64,000 nt of DNA from Pyrinomonadaceae bacterium (GTDB lineage: Bacteria > Acidobacteriota > Blastocatellia > Pyrinomonadales > Pyrinomonadaceae): the NCBI GenBank assembly GCA_046313635.1, contig JBKBYA010000003.1, positions 160,001 through 224,000 on the forward strand, written 5' to 3'. Below the pieces are notes generated by a model, which worked only from the letters and a program-made list of their open reading frames with translations, was not told the DNA's origin and did not search any database. Position 1 is the first letter of the stretch, and the number at the start of each line of letters is the position of its first letter. Below, in pieces: positions 28,069 through 38,562 of this stretch. The translations under genes and the position numbers were made by a program.

Positions 28069-29097
28069 CTATACTCCGACAAAACGAGCGTAGAGCGAGC
28101 GTGCGATCGATGGGTCGTCCGTTCCGCGAATGATAGCGCGGCCGTCGCGAAAGACGGTCAGCTCGTGCTCGCCCTCGCTGAAGCGGACAAGATACTCGTT
28201 GTGCCTGACGCCGCCGGCGGTCGCCGAAGCGATCCGCTGTGCGAACGCATCGAGATCGAGCTGCACGGGCCGCGGCGGCGCGATCTGGACGGCATTGCGG
28301 CCGCAGAGGACCGCGGAGAAGTCTTGCCGCTCGGCGTCGAGAAACTCATAAACCGCTCTCGAACCGCAGGCCTTGCAGTCCGCGTTCGGCCCGCCGAGGC
28401 GGATCTTTCGCCAGTCGTTCTGCCAGATGTCGAACTGCATCAGCGAGCCGTGCAGCGCTTCCGTCTTGCCGACGAGCAGCTTGATCGCCTCGTTGACCTG
28501 CACGGCCGCGACGGTCGCGATGATCGGCATTATCACGCCCGCCGTATCGCAGGTCGGCGAGCTGCCGGCGTCGGGCATCTCTTCAAAAATGCAGCGCAGG
28601 CAAGGCGTCTCGCCGGGAATGATCGTCATCGTCGTGCCGTAGCTCGAGACGGCCGCGCCGTAGATCCAGGTCTTTTGATGTTTGACGCAGGCGTCGTTGA
28701 CGAGATAGCGGACCTGAAAGTTATCGGTGCCGTCGATCACGACGTCGCAGCCGTCGATGAGCTGTTCGACATTCGAGTTGTTGACGTCGGCGACCATTTC
28801 TTCGACCGTGATCTCGCTGTTGATCTCGGCGATGCGGCGTTTGGCGGCGACGGCCTTTGGCAGACGCTCGGCGGCGTCGGACTCTTTGAAAAGCGTCTGC
28901 CGCTGAAGATTGGTGTACTCGACAAAGTCGCGATCGACGATGCGAAGCCGACCGACGCCGGCACGTGCGAGCATCTCGGCGTGCGCGGCGCCGAGCGCTC
29001 CGCAGCCGACGAGCAGCACCCGCGAGTCGAGCAGACGCTGCTGACCTTCGCGGCCGATCTCGGGGAAAAGTATCTGGCGGCTGTATCTTTCGTTCAT
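28069..29097 (-). CDS. ThiF/MoeB-family adenylyltransferase
   Basis: ERYSRQ, GCGALG, DRDFVEYTNLQRQ, DGTDNF, CLRC, C-terminal CKAC. Confidence 0.92.
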   Translation of the reverse strand: MNERYSRQILFPEIGREGQQRLLDSRVLLVGCGALGAAHAEMLARAGVGRLRIVDRDFVEYTNLQRQTLFKESDAAERLPKAVAAKRRIAEINSEITVEEMVADVNNSNVEQLIDGCDVVIDGTDNFQVRYLVNDACVKHQKTWIYGAAVSSYGTTMTIIPGETPCLRCIFEEMPDAGSSPTCDTAGVIMPIIATVAAVQVNEAIKLLVGKTEALHGSLMQFDIWQNDWRKIRLGGPNADCKACGSRAVYEFLDAERQDFSAVLCGRNAVQIAPPRPVQLDLDAFAQRIASATAGGVRHNEYLVRFSEGEHELTVFRDGRAIIRGTDDPSIARSLYARFVGV

Positions 29098-30629
29098 CTG
29101 GTTGCGAGCTTTTTCTCTGCCGCGGCACGCATCGCGGCGGTCGGAGCCTGGTCGAGGCCGGTCCAGATCGTGAACTGCATCGCGGCCTGCGCGGCGAGCA
29201 TATCGAGACCGCCGAGCGTCGCGCAGCCGGCCGCTTTGGCCTCGCTCAGCAGACGCGTCTCGACGGGATTGTAATTCAGATCGTAAACGAGCGAGACACC
29301 CCGAAGCTGCTCGGCGCGTGCGATCGAACGCTCCTCATTCTCGCCGCGAGTGCCGAGCGGCGTCGTGTTGACGACGATGTCGTAGCCCGAGAGATCGGTC
29401 GCCCCGCGCTCGTCGCCGGCGATGCGAAGCTCCTCGATCGTAACGCCGAATTCGTCGGCCAGGTCGCGGGCCCGCTCGACGCTGCGGGCAAAGACGGTGA
29501 CCGCTTCGACGCCTGCGTTTCGCAGCGCGTAAACGCACCCCCGCGCCGCGCCGCCGGCGCCGGCGACGGCGACCCGCGCTCCGGCGAGAGCGGTAAACTT
29601 CTTCTCGAGCGGCGCGATGAATCCGGCCGCGTCCGTATTGAAGCCGAGCAGGCGACCGTCATCACCGATGCTGACCGTATTGACCGCACCGATCGCGCGA
29701 GCCGCTGCGTCCGTTTTGTCGAGATGCGGGATGATCGCGACCTTGTGCGGATTGGTCACGGCGAAGCCGCAAAAATTGAGATCGATCTCACGCGTCTCGC
29801 GGCGGACCATCCGGCGGATGAATTGACCGAGATCTTTCACCTGCAGCGGCACAAAGACCGAATTCAAATTCGCCGCCGCAAACGCCGTGTTGTGCAGATA
29901 CGGCGACATCGAGTAGCTCGTGTCGCCCGCGACGACGCCGTAAACGCGCGTCTCACGGTTGAGTTCGCCAACGCGGTAGAGGTCGAGCATCTCTTCGACG
30001 GAGATCTGGCCGGGAGCTGTTTTGCCGTCCGCATCGGGCGCGGCAAAGGTCATCGGCGCCCCGTGCGCGAGCGAGAGAATTCGCGTCCACTTGCCCGCCT
30101 CGCCCATCGCGATCGGCACAAATTTGCCGTCTGCCGCAGCCGCCGATACAAAAAGCTTCCACAACTGGATCGAGTCGCAGATATCGTTTGCCGTAACGGC
30201 GATCTTGAGAATGCCGTTCGAGAGATCAGAAAGCGCGGTTACCGTCACGTCGAGGTCGGCCGGCGTGCGTTCGAAGTCGTGATGCGAGACGATCGTGCGA
30301 TCGGCCTGCAGATCGACCGATGACAAAATGTCGGGCTCGAGGTCTGCAAAAAAGTCGCAGCCGTTGAATTTGTGGATCACGCGTTCCCAGAACTTCAGAC
30401 GTTGGCCAATACTTATCGGCCGCAGCCCGCCGCGTTCCTTCGGGCGAAAAGTGAAGAGATACTTGTCAGATTCGATCGGCAGTTCGTCAAGCAGCCGATC
30501 GATCTCGGTGTCATCGAGCGCGTCAAAGCGGACCTCGATCAGGTCGGCGCCAGCACGGGCGCGTTCGATCCGGTCGAGGGTCTCGGCGGCGTTCGTGCCG
30601 TATATCGAAACGCAGATCTTGCCTTTCAT
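29094..30629 (-). CDS. aroE: Fused type I 3-dehydroquinate dehydratase / shikimate dehydrogenase (AroD-AroE)
   Basis: IEVRFD, TFRPKERGG, SHHDF, MGEAG, APGQ; SMSP..HN, VTNPHK, AVNT, NTD, GAGGAA, NTTPLG. Confidence 0.92.
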   Translation of the reverse strand: MKGKICVSIYGTNAAETLDRIERARAGADLIEVRFDALDDTEIDRLLDELPIESDKYLFTFRPKERGGLRPISIGQRLKFWERVIHKFNGCDFFADLEPDILSSVDLQADRTIVSHHDFERTPADLDVTVTALSDLSNGILKIAVTANDICDSIQLWKLFVSAAAADGKFVPIAMGEAGKWTRILSLAHGAPMTFAAPDADGKTAPGQISVEEMLDLYRVGELNRETRVYGVVAGDTSYSMSPYLHNTAFAAANLNSVFVPLQVKDLGQFIRRMVRRETREIDLNFCGFAVTNPHKVAIIPHLDKTDAAARAIGAVNTVSIGDDGRLLGFNTDAAGFIAPLEKKFTALAGARVAVAGAGGAARGCVYALRNAGVEAVTVFARSVERARDLADEFGVTIEELRIAGDERGATDLSGYDIVVNTTPLGTRGENEERSIARAEQLRGVSLVYDLNYNPVETRLLSEAKAAGCATLGGLDMLAAQAAMQFTIWTGLDQAPTAAMRAAAEKKLATR

Positions 30630-30651
30630 CAGGATGCGGTCGGCGAACGTG

Positions 30652-31422
30652 CTACGACTGCCGCGCTTCGGCGGGCGGCATTTTGACGACGAAGCTAAGC
30701 GTCGCGATCAGCGCCGCGATCACGCCTACGACGGCCGCGACGACGATCGGCGTGTTGCCGCTCTGTTTGATCGCGATCGCCGTAAGCGCCCATGCGACGG
30801 CGAGCGGATAGAGATCGTTGCGCAAAAATGCGCGGGCCGCGACGGCAAAGAGTGCGGCGAGCAGGATAAAGACGACGCCGATCGCGTTCGCCGCGGACGC
30901 CGACAGGTCCACTCTCAGATAGACGAGCATGATCGCCAGATTCACGAGCGAAGCGCACGTGACCCAGCCGGCGTAGATCGAGAATGGAGCCTTGACGGCC
31001 CAATATTCGCCGAGCGAGACGGTCGTCGCCACCTTGCCGCAGATGTATACGAGCGTCAGGCAAAGAGCGACGATCACCCCGAACGCGGCGAGGATCTGAT
31101 CGTTATGCCAGAAATATATCCAGCCGCAATTGAGCGCCGCCGTCAGAATGTATGGCGAGCGAAGTCCGGCAAGACGCTCCCGATTGCCCGGCAAAAGCTG
31201 GTATATGCTGAAGGCGATCAGGCCCGTGTAGATCAGGCTCCAGATCGAAAAGGCATAACCCGCGGGCGTGACCACGGTCGGGTATTTGCCGGAGATCATC
31301 TCGGGCGTGACGCCGTTGACGTAACCCGCCGCGGCGAGCGCGTTAAAGGCGATGGTCCCAATGGTCGCCAGCACGACGAGAAAGGCCCGCAACGTTCCGG
31401 CGGAATTAGATCTTTCGGACAT
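30652..31422 (-). CDS. TspO/MBR-related tryptophan-rich membrane protein
   Basis: TPAGYAFSIWSLIY, LNCGWIYFW, FSIYAGW; multiple TM helices. Confidence 0.8.
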   Translation of the reverse strand: MSERSNSAGTLRAFLVVLATIGTIAFNALAAAGYVNGVTPEMISGKYPTVVTPAGYAFSIWSLIYTGLIAFSIYQLLPGNRERLAGLRSPYILTAALNCGWIYFWHNDQILAAFGVIVALCLTLVYICGKVATTVSLGEYWAVKAPFSIYAGWVTCASLVNLAIMLVYLRVDLSASAANAIGVVFILLAALFAVAARAFLRNDLYPLAVAWALTAIAIKQSGNTPIVVAAVVGVIAALIATLSFVVKMPPAEARQS

Positions 31423-31695
31423 AAAATATATTATGCCATCGGCCGCGTGCTTTTTTGTCGACGCGGCGGGCGGCTATGGTGCGATATGGTCGGGATTTTT
31501 ACGATTTCGTATAAGCATCCGAATGTTCGTCCGGCCGGCGCGTCGCGGATAGCGAGAAATAGAATGTATTCCAACCATTTAGACCGCTTACGCGTCATAG
31601 TGTCGCCTGTGGCACTCGGGTTGCAAAACTGGCAGCGACGCAGATTCCCGCTTTCCCCGCTAGCGTGATCCCATGGAAAGAGGAAATTAGGAGCG

Positions 31696-31920
31696 ATGAA
31701 GTTTATCAAGAACATTTTAGTATCGTTGGTGATGATCGTCGGCCTGTCGGTCGCGGCCTTTGCACAAAAGGACGATCAGAAAAAGCCGCCGCCGAAGGAT
31801 CCGCCGACGGTCAACCCCGGGACCAAGCCGCCGCGCGAGAACCCGCCCAAGGAGAATCCCCCAAAAAAGCCGGGATACACGTTCGCGGCGATCGTCAAAG
31901 ACAACGGCGAGATCGCCTGA
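31696..31920 (+). CDS. Small secreted Pro/Lys-rich protein
   Basis: AGGAG RBS, signal peptide ending AFA-Q, own terminator at ~31944-31975. Confidence 0.75.
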   Translation: MKFIKNILVSLVMIVGLSVAAFAQKDDQKKPPPKDPPTVNPGTKPPRENPPKENPPKKPGYTFAAIVKDNGEIA

Positions 31921-32112
31921 CAAGACCAAATATCCGAAACGGTAGAGCAGCCTCATCAAACGGGCTGCTCTTTTAGCGCTCGGCCGGCGGCTTTTTTGAA
32001 TGCCGCGCTGCTGGTCCGTATTTGATCGACTCTCGTATGCATAACTCACGAGCCTCGATCTTCGGAGCCGGGAGCCTCGAGGGACGCTGTATTTTCCGGT
32101 CAAAAATGCCTC

Positions 32113-32144
32113 TTGACCCTGTATTCGACTACAGGTCGTAGTCT
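32113..32144 (+). promoter_or_regulatory. MerR-type promoter/operator 1
   Basis: TTGACC-20bp-TAGTCT with CCTGTA-N6-TACAGG dyad in the spacer. Confidence 0.8.
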
Positions 32145-32200
32145 GTAATTCGCCGGCGTCACCGCGGGCGAAAGTTCGAATAAACGTGAGGAATCATTTT

Positions 32201-32590
32201 ATGAGTAATGCAGCAGCAAAGGTCGAGGCCAGGACGATCTCGACAGAAGAGCTAAGCGAAAGGATAGCGGCCGGCGAGCGGTTCGAGTTCTGGAACGTCC
32301 TGACCGCCGAGTACTACACCGGAGAGTTGATCGCACGCTCGCGCTACGTGCCGCTCGACCGCATCGGCCGTGAGGTGATCGGATCGAAAATACCCAAGGA
32401 CGCCGAGATCGTCGTTTACTGCGCCGGTCCCGAGTGCCCTCAGAGCGCGGCCGCGGCCGAAAAACTGACGACCCTCGGCTACACCCGCGTCAAAGCCTAC
32501 GAGGGCGGGCTCGAAGAATGGAAAGCTGCAGGCCACAAGACCGTTACCGCAGGGGCTGAAGAACGGGCCGCCGCCTCCTGCGCCTGCTAG
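32201..32590 (+). CDS. Rhodanese-like domain protein
   Basis: IVVYCAGPEC..S..AA..L..LGY..V..YEGGLEEW; C-terminal CAC. Confidence 0.88.
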   Translation: MSNAAAKVEARTISTEELSERIAAGERFEFWNVLTAEYYTGELIARSRYVPLDRIGREVIGSKIPKDAEIVVYCAGPECPQSAAAAEKLTTLGYTRVKAYEGGLEEWKAAGHKTVTAGAEERAAASCAC

Positions 32591-32605
32591 TTGATAAAAA
32601 TACGC

Positions 32606-32637
32606 TTGACCCTGTAGCCGGCTACAGGGTCTAGAAT
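32606..32637 (+). promoter_or_regulatory. MerR-type promoter/operator 2
   Basis: TTGACC-20bp-TAGAAT overlapping the perfect 22-bp palindrome ACCCTGTAGCCGGCTACAGGGT. Confidence 0.85.
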
Positions 32638-32734
32638 AAAGATGCGGCTTCATCTGGGCCGGATCCGGCCGGCGGTGGGAAGAGAGGTATTGGCCCGCTT
32701 TCGACCGCCGGCACAAACTGACAGGAGAGACGAG

Positions 32735-33232
32735 ATGAGAAATGCATTCGATTTTGCCGAGGCTGCCGCAGAGGCGAGGGCCGCCGGCGGCCGTGCGCTG
32801 AAGATCGGCGAGGTATCGAAGCTCTCGGGCATCGGCGTCGAAGCGCTCCGCTTTTACGAAAAGAGCGGTCTGCTCGATCGGCCGGGCCGCACGTACAGCG
32901 GCTACCGCGTTTACGATGAGAGCGTGCTCGAGCGGCTCGAGTTCGTTAAAAAGGCGCAGGTGCTCGGCTTCACGCTCGACGAGATCAAGGAGCTCATCGC
33001 ACACAAGCAAAACGGACAGAGCCCTTGCAAAGAGGTACGGGCGATCGTCCGGGAGCGGCTCGAAGAGCTCAACGAGCGGATCGAACAATTGATCAGCTAT
33101 CGCGACGAGCTCAAGGCCGCGCTCAAGAAGTGGGACAGGACCGGCCAGGCCGACGGCCACGTCTGCGGACTGATCGAGACCTCGCACATCGAGCACAAGG
33201 TCAGCAGCCGCAAGGTCGGCCGGCGAAAGTAA
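32735..33232 (+). CDS. MerR-family heavy-metal-responsive regulator
   Basis: LKIGEV...LRFYEKSGLL...GYRVY...LGFTLDEI; SPC and HVC; start after AGGAG. Confidence 0.93.
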   Translation: MRNAFDFAEAAAEARAAGGRALKIGEVSKLSGIGVEALRFYEKSGLLDRPGRTYSGYRVYDESVLERLEFVKKAQVLGFTLDEIKELIAHKQNGQSPCKEVRAIVRERLEELNERIEQLISYRDELKAALKKWDRTGQADGHVCGLIETSHIEHKVSSRKVGRRK

Positions 33233-33241
33233 AAAGGAGAG

Positions 33242-33463
33242 ATGATGAATACTCGATCAACCAACACAACCACGCTCACCGCGCCTGACATCACCTGCGG
33301 CGGCTGCGCCAATTCGATCAAGAACGCGCTTTCGAGGGTCGACGGCGTCGAATCGGTCGACGTCGACATCGCGACAAAGCAGGTGAGCGTCGCGCACGGC
33401 GACGGAGTGAGCCGCGAAAAGATCGTCGAGGTGCTCGACCGCGCGGGGTTTCCGTCAAGTTGA
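33242..33463 (+). CDS. copZ: HMA-domain copper chaperone (CopZ-like)
   Basis: DITCGGC, 73 aa, AGF end. Confidence 0.88.
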   Translation: MMNTRSTNTTTLTAPDITCGGCANSIKNALSRVDGVESVDVDIATKQVSVAHGDGVSREKIVEVLDRAGFPSS

Positions 33464-33484
33464 AAGTGTCGAAGGCAAAACCAA

Positions 33485-35770
33485 ATGAACGATCAGGTCA
33501 AAGCGACAGACAAGTTGGACGTAACCGTCACGGGCATGACGTGCGCGGCGTGCGCCAATCGCATCGAGCGGAACCTTAGCCGTCAGCCGGGCGTCAGAGC
33601 CGCGTCGGTCAACTTCGCGACCGAGCGCGCGACGGTGACGTTCGACCCGTCGGTGACCAGTTCGGATTCGCTTGTCGAGACGATCCGAGACACCGGCTAC
33701 GACGTCGCGGCTGAAAAAGAAGGCGTCGACGCGGACGCCGGCCTCGAGGCCGCGCACAGGGCCGAGTACGAGACGCTCAGGCGCAAATTCATCGTCGCCG
33801 CAATTCTCTCGCTGCCGGTGCTCGTTATCGCGATGTCGCACGGCACCATCGAATTTGTGAATTTCGACGGCGTCAACTGGCTGCAGCTCGCGCTGACGAC
33901 GCCGGTCGTTTTTTACAGCGGCATTCAGTTTTACCGCGGAGCGTGGGCGGCCTTTCGCCATCGTGCCGCGGATATGAACACGCTCATCGCCGTCGGTACG
34001 GGCACGGCATACGTTTACTCGGTCGCCGCGACGATATTTCCGTCGTGGTTTGCCACGTCCGAGCACGCGGCTCACTCGGGAATGGGCGTGCCGGTCTACT
34101 ACGAGGCGGCGAGCGTGATCATCGCGCTGATACTGCTCGGCAGTATGTTGGAAGCCCGCGCCAAGGGCCGGACGGGCGAGGCTATCCGCAAACTGCTCGG
34201 TCTGCAGGCAAAAACGGCGACCGTGATTCGCGGCGGCAAAGAGATGGAAATCCCGACCGAGTCGGTCGTCGCCGGCGACATCGTCATCGTCCGTCCCGGC
34301 GAGAAGATCCCGGTCGACGGCATCGTCACCGAAGGCTCGTCCGCCATCGACGAATCGATGCTCACAGGCGAGAGCATTCCCGTCGATAAAAAGGTCGGCG
34401 ACGACGTCTTTGGCGGGACGATCAACAAGACGGGCTCGTTCCACTTTCGCGCGACCAAGGTCGGCAAAGACACCGCGCTCCAGCAGATCGTGCGGATGGT
34501 CCGCGACGCGCAAGGCTCAAAGCCGCCGATAGCAAAGCTGGCCGACACGATCAGCGGCATCTTTACGCCGGTCGTCATCTCGATCGCGATCGCGACGTTT
34601 GTCATTTGGTTTGTCGCCGCGTCGCCCGAGGTGAGGTTTACGATGGCGCTTGTGAATTTTGTCTCGGTGCTGATCATCGCCTGCCCGTGCGCGCTCGGTC
34701 TCGCGACGCCTACCGCGATCATGGTCGGCACGGGCCGCGGCGCCGAACTCGGAATTCTCATCAAGGGCGGCGACAGTCTCGAGACCGCGCACAAGCTCGA
34801 CACGATCGTGCTCGACAAGACGGGCACGATCACCAAAGGCGAGCCGAGCCTGACCGACGTCGTCGTGACCGACGGCTTTAGCGAGGACGAAATGCTGCGG
34901 CTCGTCGCGTCGGCCGAGCGCTCGAGCGAGCATCCGCTCGCGGCCGCGATCGTTCGAGGTGCCGAGGCTTGCGGACTTGAGCTCACGAGAGCCGATAAGT
35001 TCAACGCTCTCGAGGGCCGCGGCGTGGAGGCCTCGGTCGCGGGCCGGCAGATCCTCCTCGGCAGCGACCGGCTGATGAGCGAGCGGGGAATCTCGATCGG
35101 TGACGCTAGCAGGGTCGCGGTCGAGCTGGCGAACGGAGGCAAGACGCCGATGTTTGCCGCGATCGACGGCCGGCTCGCGGGCGTGATCGCCGTCGCCGAC
35201 ACCGTGAAAGAAGGGGCGCGTGCGGCCGTCGCCGAGCTTCAGCGGCTCGGTCTCGAGGTCGTGATGATCACCGGCGACAACCGTCGCACGGCCGAGGCCG
35301 TCGCAAAGCAGGTCGGCATCCGCCGCGTGCTCGCCGAGGTGTTGCCCGAAGGGAAGTCCGGTGAGATCCGACGACTGCAGCAGCAGGAAAAGAAAGTCGT
35401 CGCGATGGTCGGCGACGGCATCAACGACGCACCGGCGCTCGCGCAGGCCGACGTCGGCATCGCCATCGGCACCGGAACCGACGTCGCGATCGAGGCGAGC
35501 GACATCACGCTGATGCGCGGCGACCTGCGCGGCGTTGCGACGGCCATACGGCTCTCGCGGGCGACGATCCGTACCGTTAAGCAGAATTTGTTCTGGGCAT
35601 TTATCTACAACGTCATCGGCATCCCGATCGCGGCCGGAGCTCTGTATCCGGTCTTTGGCTGGCTGCTCTCGCCGGTGATCGCGAGTGCCGCGATGAGCAT
35701 GTCGAGCGTATCGGTCGTCGCTAACAGTCTGCGTCTTCGCTCGTTCAAAGACGCGAGGAGGGAAGCGTAA
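33485..35770 (+). CDS. copA: Cu(I)-exporting P1B-1 ATPase
   Basis: [40 protein letters not shown] and MSMSS motifs. Confidence 0.95.
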   Translation: MNDQVKATDKLDVTVTGMTCAACANRIERNLSRQPGVRAASVNFATERATVTFDPSVTSSDSLVETIRDTGYDVAAEKEGVDADAGLEAAHRAEYETLRRKFIVAAILSLPVLVIAMSHGTIEFVNFDGVNWLQLALTTPVVFYSGIQFYRGAWAAFRHRAADMNTLIAVGTGTAYVYSVAATIFPSWFATSEHAAHSGMGVPVYYEAASVIIALILLGSMLEARAKGRTGEAIRKLLGLQAKTATVIRGGKEMEIPTESVVAGDIVIVRPGEKIPVDGIVTEGSSAIDESMLTGESIPVDKKVGDDVFGGTINKTGSFHFRATKVGKDTALQQIVRMVRDAQGSKPPIAKLADTISGIFTPVVISIAIATFVIWFVAASPEVRFTMALVNFVSVLIIACPCALGLATPTAIMVGTGRGAELGILIKGGDSLETAHKLDTIVLDKTGTITKGEPSLTDVVVTDGFSEDEMLRLVASAERSSEHPLAAAIVRGAEACGLELTRADKFNALEGRGVEASVAGRQILLGSDRLMSERGISIGDASRVAVELANGGKTPMFAAIDGRLAGVIAVADTVKEGARAAVAELQRLGLEVVMITGDNRRTAEAVAKQVGIRRVLAEVLPEGKSGEIRRLQQQEKKVVAMVGDGINDAPALAQADVGIAIGTGTDVAIEASDITLMRGDLRGVATAIRLSRATIRTVKQNLFWAFIYNVIGIPIAAGALYPVFGWLLSPVIASAAMSMSSVSVVANSLRLRSFKDARREA

Positions 35771-36144
35771 TGGATACGACAGAGATCGCGGTCATCGTCG
35801 GCGGTGTCGCTCTGATCGCGTTGGTACTGTGGTACTTCTTCGGCGAGCGACGGCAGATCGCCGCGAGCGAGAACGCATCCGGCGTGCAGGAGATCGACGT
35901 CACGGTGAAGGGCGGCTATTCGCCCGACGTGATAGTCGTCAAAGCAGGCCGGCCCGTGCGGCTTAACTTCTACCGCGACGAGACGTCGTCGTGCAGCGAA
36001 AAGGTCGTCTTCGGCGACCTCGGCATCGCCCGCGACCTGCCGCCTTTTACGACGACTCCGATCGAATTCACTCCCGACAGGCCCGGCGAATACACCTTCG
36101 CCTGCGGAATGAATATGCTCCGCGGCAAGCTGATCGTGACGTGA
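35770..36144 (+). CDS. Membrane-anchored cupredoxin-domain protein (CupA-like)
   Basis: N-terminal TM, GGYSP, SSC, FACGMNMLRG. Confidence 0.88.
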   Translation: MDTTEIAVIVGGVALIALVLWYFFGERRQIAASENASGVQEIDVTVKGGYSPDVIVVKAGRPVRLNFYRDETSSCSEKVVFGDLGIARDLPPFTTTPIEFTPDRPGEYTFACGMNMLRGKLIVT

Positions 36145-36185
36145 GACAACCGAAGGTCTAGCACGCCGCCTGCGGCGCTTCTTTC

Positions 36186-36653
36186 TTACGGCACGCTTAA
36201 CCGCACCGAATCCGACGGCTTTGACTCGCCGTTTTGGATGGCGATTGTGTACTCGCCGGCGGCCAGAGTGAGCGGCACATTCGCGAGCATCGTTCCGCTG
36301 AGCTGCGAGTGCTGCCGCAAGGCGCTGTTCGGTACCGTGCACGGCGAATCGGCCGGGCAGCCGGGGCCGACGACCTTCAGGTAAACCGTCCGCGGGTCAA
36401 AGCTCTGCCCCGTTATATTCACAAAAAACTGTTCATTTGCCGCTACACGCGACGCGGGCGAGATACCGTCGACCACCGGCGGCAGCGGGTTGGCCCGCGC
36501 CGTGCTGGAGCGCTCGACCAGCCATCGGCCGCCGACCTTTTTGACGATGTAGCTGACAAAATACGGGCCGACCGTTTTGTTCCTGATCAGCGAGCCGTCG
36601 ATCCGAGTAGGCGTTACCAGCCGGCGGTCCTCAAACGAAAGAAAGAGCATCAC
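36186..36653 (-). CDS. Hypothetical protein with Ig/IPT-like C-terminal part
   Basis: Purine-rich RBS before GTG; PVVDGISP, ITGQSF, GEYTIAIQNG. Confidence 0.55.
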   Translation of the reverse strand: MMLFLSFEDRRLVTPTRIDGSLIRNKTVGPYFVSYIVKKVGGRWLVERSSTARANPLPPVVDGISPASRVAANEQFFVNITGQSFDPRTVYLKVVGPGCPADSPCTVPNSALRQHSQLSGTMLANVPLTLAAGEYTIAIQNGESKPSDSVRLSVP

Positions 36654-36697
36654 CGAGATGCCCCTTCTTCTTATCGTTATTGCTTGTTGTTTTTGCT

Positions 36698-36772
36698 TGG
36701 TGCCGACTACAAGATTCGAACTTGTGACCCCACGCGTGTGAAGCGTGTGCTCTACCGCTGAGCTAAGTCGGC
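36698..36772 (-). tRNA. tRNA-Val(CAC)
   Basis: GCCGACTTAGCTCAGCGGTAGAGCACACGCTT-CAC-ACGCGTGGGGTCACAAGTTCGAATCTTGTAGTCGGCACCA; cloverleaf with encoded CCA. Confidence 0.97.
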
Positions 36773-36806
36773 CGGATCTTCAAACTTTCAAACTTTAGAT
36801 CGATCT

Positions 36807-37286
36807 CTAGATCGACGGGTCGTCGGGCTTGGCCGGGCGATTCTCGTCGGTGCCTTTAATAGTACTCAAATTCGAGTCGGTGTAGAAATGCCGCGTGCCG
36901 GTCGAGCCGATACCCTCGCCGACCTGCGGATCGGCGTTTATCGAGTAGAATGCCGGGCGGCTCGCCGACGACGGTTCGACGACCATCGTAAAGACGTAGC
37001 CGTTGACGACAGGCTTGTCGCCCTTGAACTTTTCGTCGAGGCCGACCTTGGCGATGAGCTCGTCAAAGGTCGCGAAGTTGCCCTTGTTGCGCGCCGCGTA
37101 CTGTGCCTGAAACTTGCGGATGTTGTCGACCGACTGCGCCGCGGCGGCCTCGTTGCCCGATTTGATGACGGCGTTCCATGCGATCGTGCCGACGCCGATC
37201 AGCAGGCCGATGATCGCGATCACGATCATCAATTCGATAAGGTTGAATCCGCGTTGGTCCTTGAGGCGGGTGCGTAGAACTTTCAT
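36807..37286 (-). CDS. Type IV pilin/pseudopilin
   Basis: Class III signal QRG|FNLIELMIVIAII; NEAAA, GYVF, TGTRHFYTD. Confidence 0.92.
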   Translation of the reverse strand: MKVLRTRLKDQRGFNLIELMIVIAIIGLLIGVGTIAWNAVIKSGNEAAAAQSVDNIRKFQAQYAARNKGNFATFDELIAKVGLDEKFKGDKPVVNGYVFTMVVEPSSASRPAFYSINADPQVGEGIGSTGTRHFYTDSNLSTIKGTDENRPAKPDDPSI

Positions 37287-37556
37287 AAAAATTGGGCCGA
37301 AACCTTCCGTCGAGTTCACGTGGAAACGCGTTTGAAGTTTCAGAATTTTATTCCGTTTGGTTGCGCCATTGCAAACCAAAGGTTGCCGCGGAGCATACGT
37401 CTGGCAGGAACTTTGTGCTCGCCCGAGCGTCTTAACCGATGCGAGCACGTTCGCCGCCGGGCGCGGGCCTGATCGGTGGTACGCGCCCGTGACGGCTTTC
37501 CTGTAGAATGGTTGTGCGAACGCCGGCGGCGTCCGAGGCATCCGAATTTACACGTG

Positions 37557-38552
37557 ATGAGAGACTGGATCCTTAAAGAAGTGCGGTCCGACCAGACGGC
37601 GGGCGGGCGACCGGATGCCGCCGGCAAGATCGACGATCTGCGTGCCGCCGTCGAGCGCGTCATCAAGGGCAAGTCAGAGACGGTCAAGATGGCTCTCGTC
37701 GCACTGCTCGCACGCGGCCACCTGCTCATCGAGGACGTCCCCGGCATCGGCAAGACCACGCTCGCCAACGCGCTCGCACGAGCGCTCGACCTGTCGTTTC
37801 AGCGGATACAGTTCACCTCTGACCTTTTGCCCTCGGACGTCATCGGCCTGTCGGTCTATAACCAGAAGTCGGGCGACTTTGACTGGAAGCCGGGACCGAT
37901 CTTTTCGAATATCGTTCTTGCCGACGAGATCAACCGCGCGACGCCAAAGACGCAGTCGGCGCTGCTCGAGGCGATGGCCGAGGAGCAGGTCACCGTCGAG
38001 GGCGTCTCGCGTCATCTGCCCCGGCCGTTCATCGTCATCGCTACGCAGAATCCGGCCGAACATCATGGCACATACCCGCTGCCCGAGTCGCAGCTCGACC
38101 GCTTTATGCTGCGGCTGCACATCGGGTACCCGAGCCTTGCCGACGAGCGCGACATCCTGCGCGACCGCGAGACGGTCGATCCGCTCGGGGCCGTCCGGCC
38201 GGTGATGAGCCAGGCCGAGCTCGTCGAGCTGCAGGAATTGGTCGCCGAGGTCAGCGTCGCAGATCCGCTGGTCGATTACCTTTTGAATATCGTCGACGCG
38301 ACCCGCCGCAGCGAATCGCTCGAGCTCGGCATCAGCCCGCGCGGCACGCTCGCGCTGTTTCGTTCGGCGCAGGCCCACGCCTTTCTCGAGGGCCGCGAAT
38401 ACTGCATCGCCGACGACATCAAGCGGCTCGTCGTCTCGTGCTTTGCTCACCGCGTGGTCGTGAACTCGCGTTCGACCGCTCTCCGCCAGCGCACCCGCGA
38501 GGCCGAGCAGGTCCTCGAGGACATCCTACAGAAGGTCGCCGTCCCGATCTGA
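37557..38552 (+). CDS. MoxR-family AAA+ ATPase
   Basis: EDVPGIGKT, RIQFTSDLLPSD, LADEINRA, ATQNP, GTYPLPESQLDRF, SPR. Confidence 0.95.
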   Translation: MRDWILKEVRSDQTAGGRPDAAGKIDDLRAAVERVIKGKSETVKMALVALLARGHLLIEDVPGIGKTTLANALARALDLSFQRIQFTSDLLPSDVIGLSVYNQKSGDFDWKPGPIFSNIVLADEINRATPKTQSALLEAMAEEQVTVEGVSRHLPRPFIVIATQNPAEHHGTYPLPESQLDRFMLRLHIGYPSLADERDILRDRETVDPLGAVRPVMSQAELVELQELVAEVSVADPLVDYLLNIVDATRRSESLELGISPRGTLALFRSAQAHAFLEGREYCIADDIKRLVVSCFAHRVVVNSRSTALRQRTREAEQVLEDILQKVAVPI

Positions 38553-38562
38553 CAAGCGGCCG

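Noticed and set aside
23874..31668. Long antisense ORFs (23874-25382, 26536-27957, 28036-29274, 28965-30323, 30295-31668)
   Set aside because: Shadow frames opposite well-supported genes in high-GC DNA; no motifs.
32113..36772. Copper cluster as a tRNA-Val-integrated island
   Set aside because: It lies beyond the tRNA 3' end, but I saw no integrase, no duplicated tRNA 3' sequence and no compositional shift.
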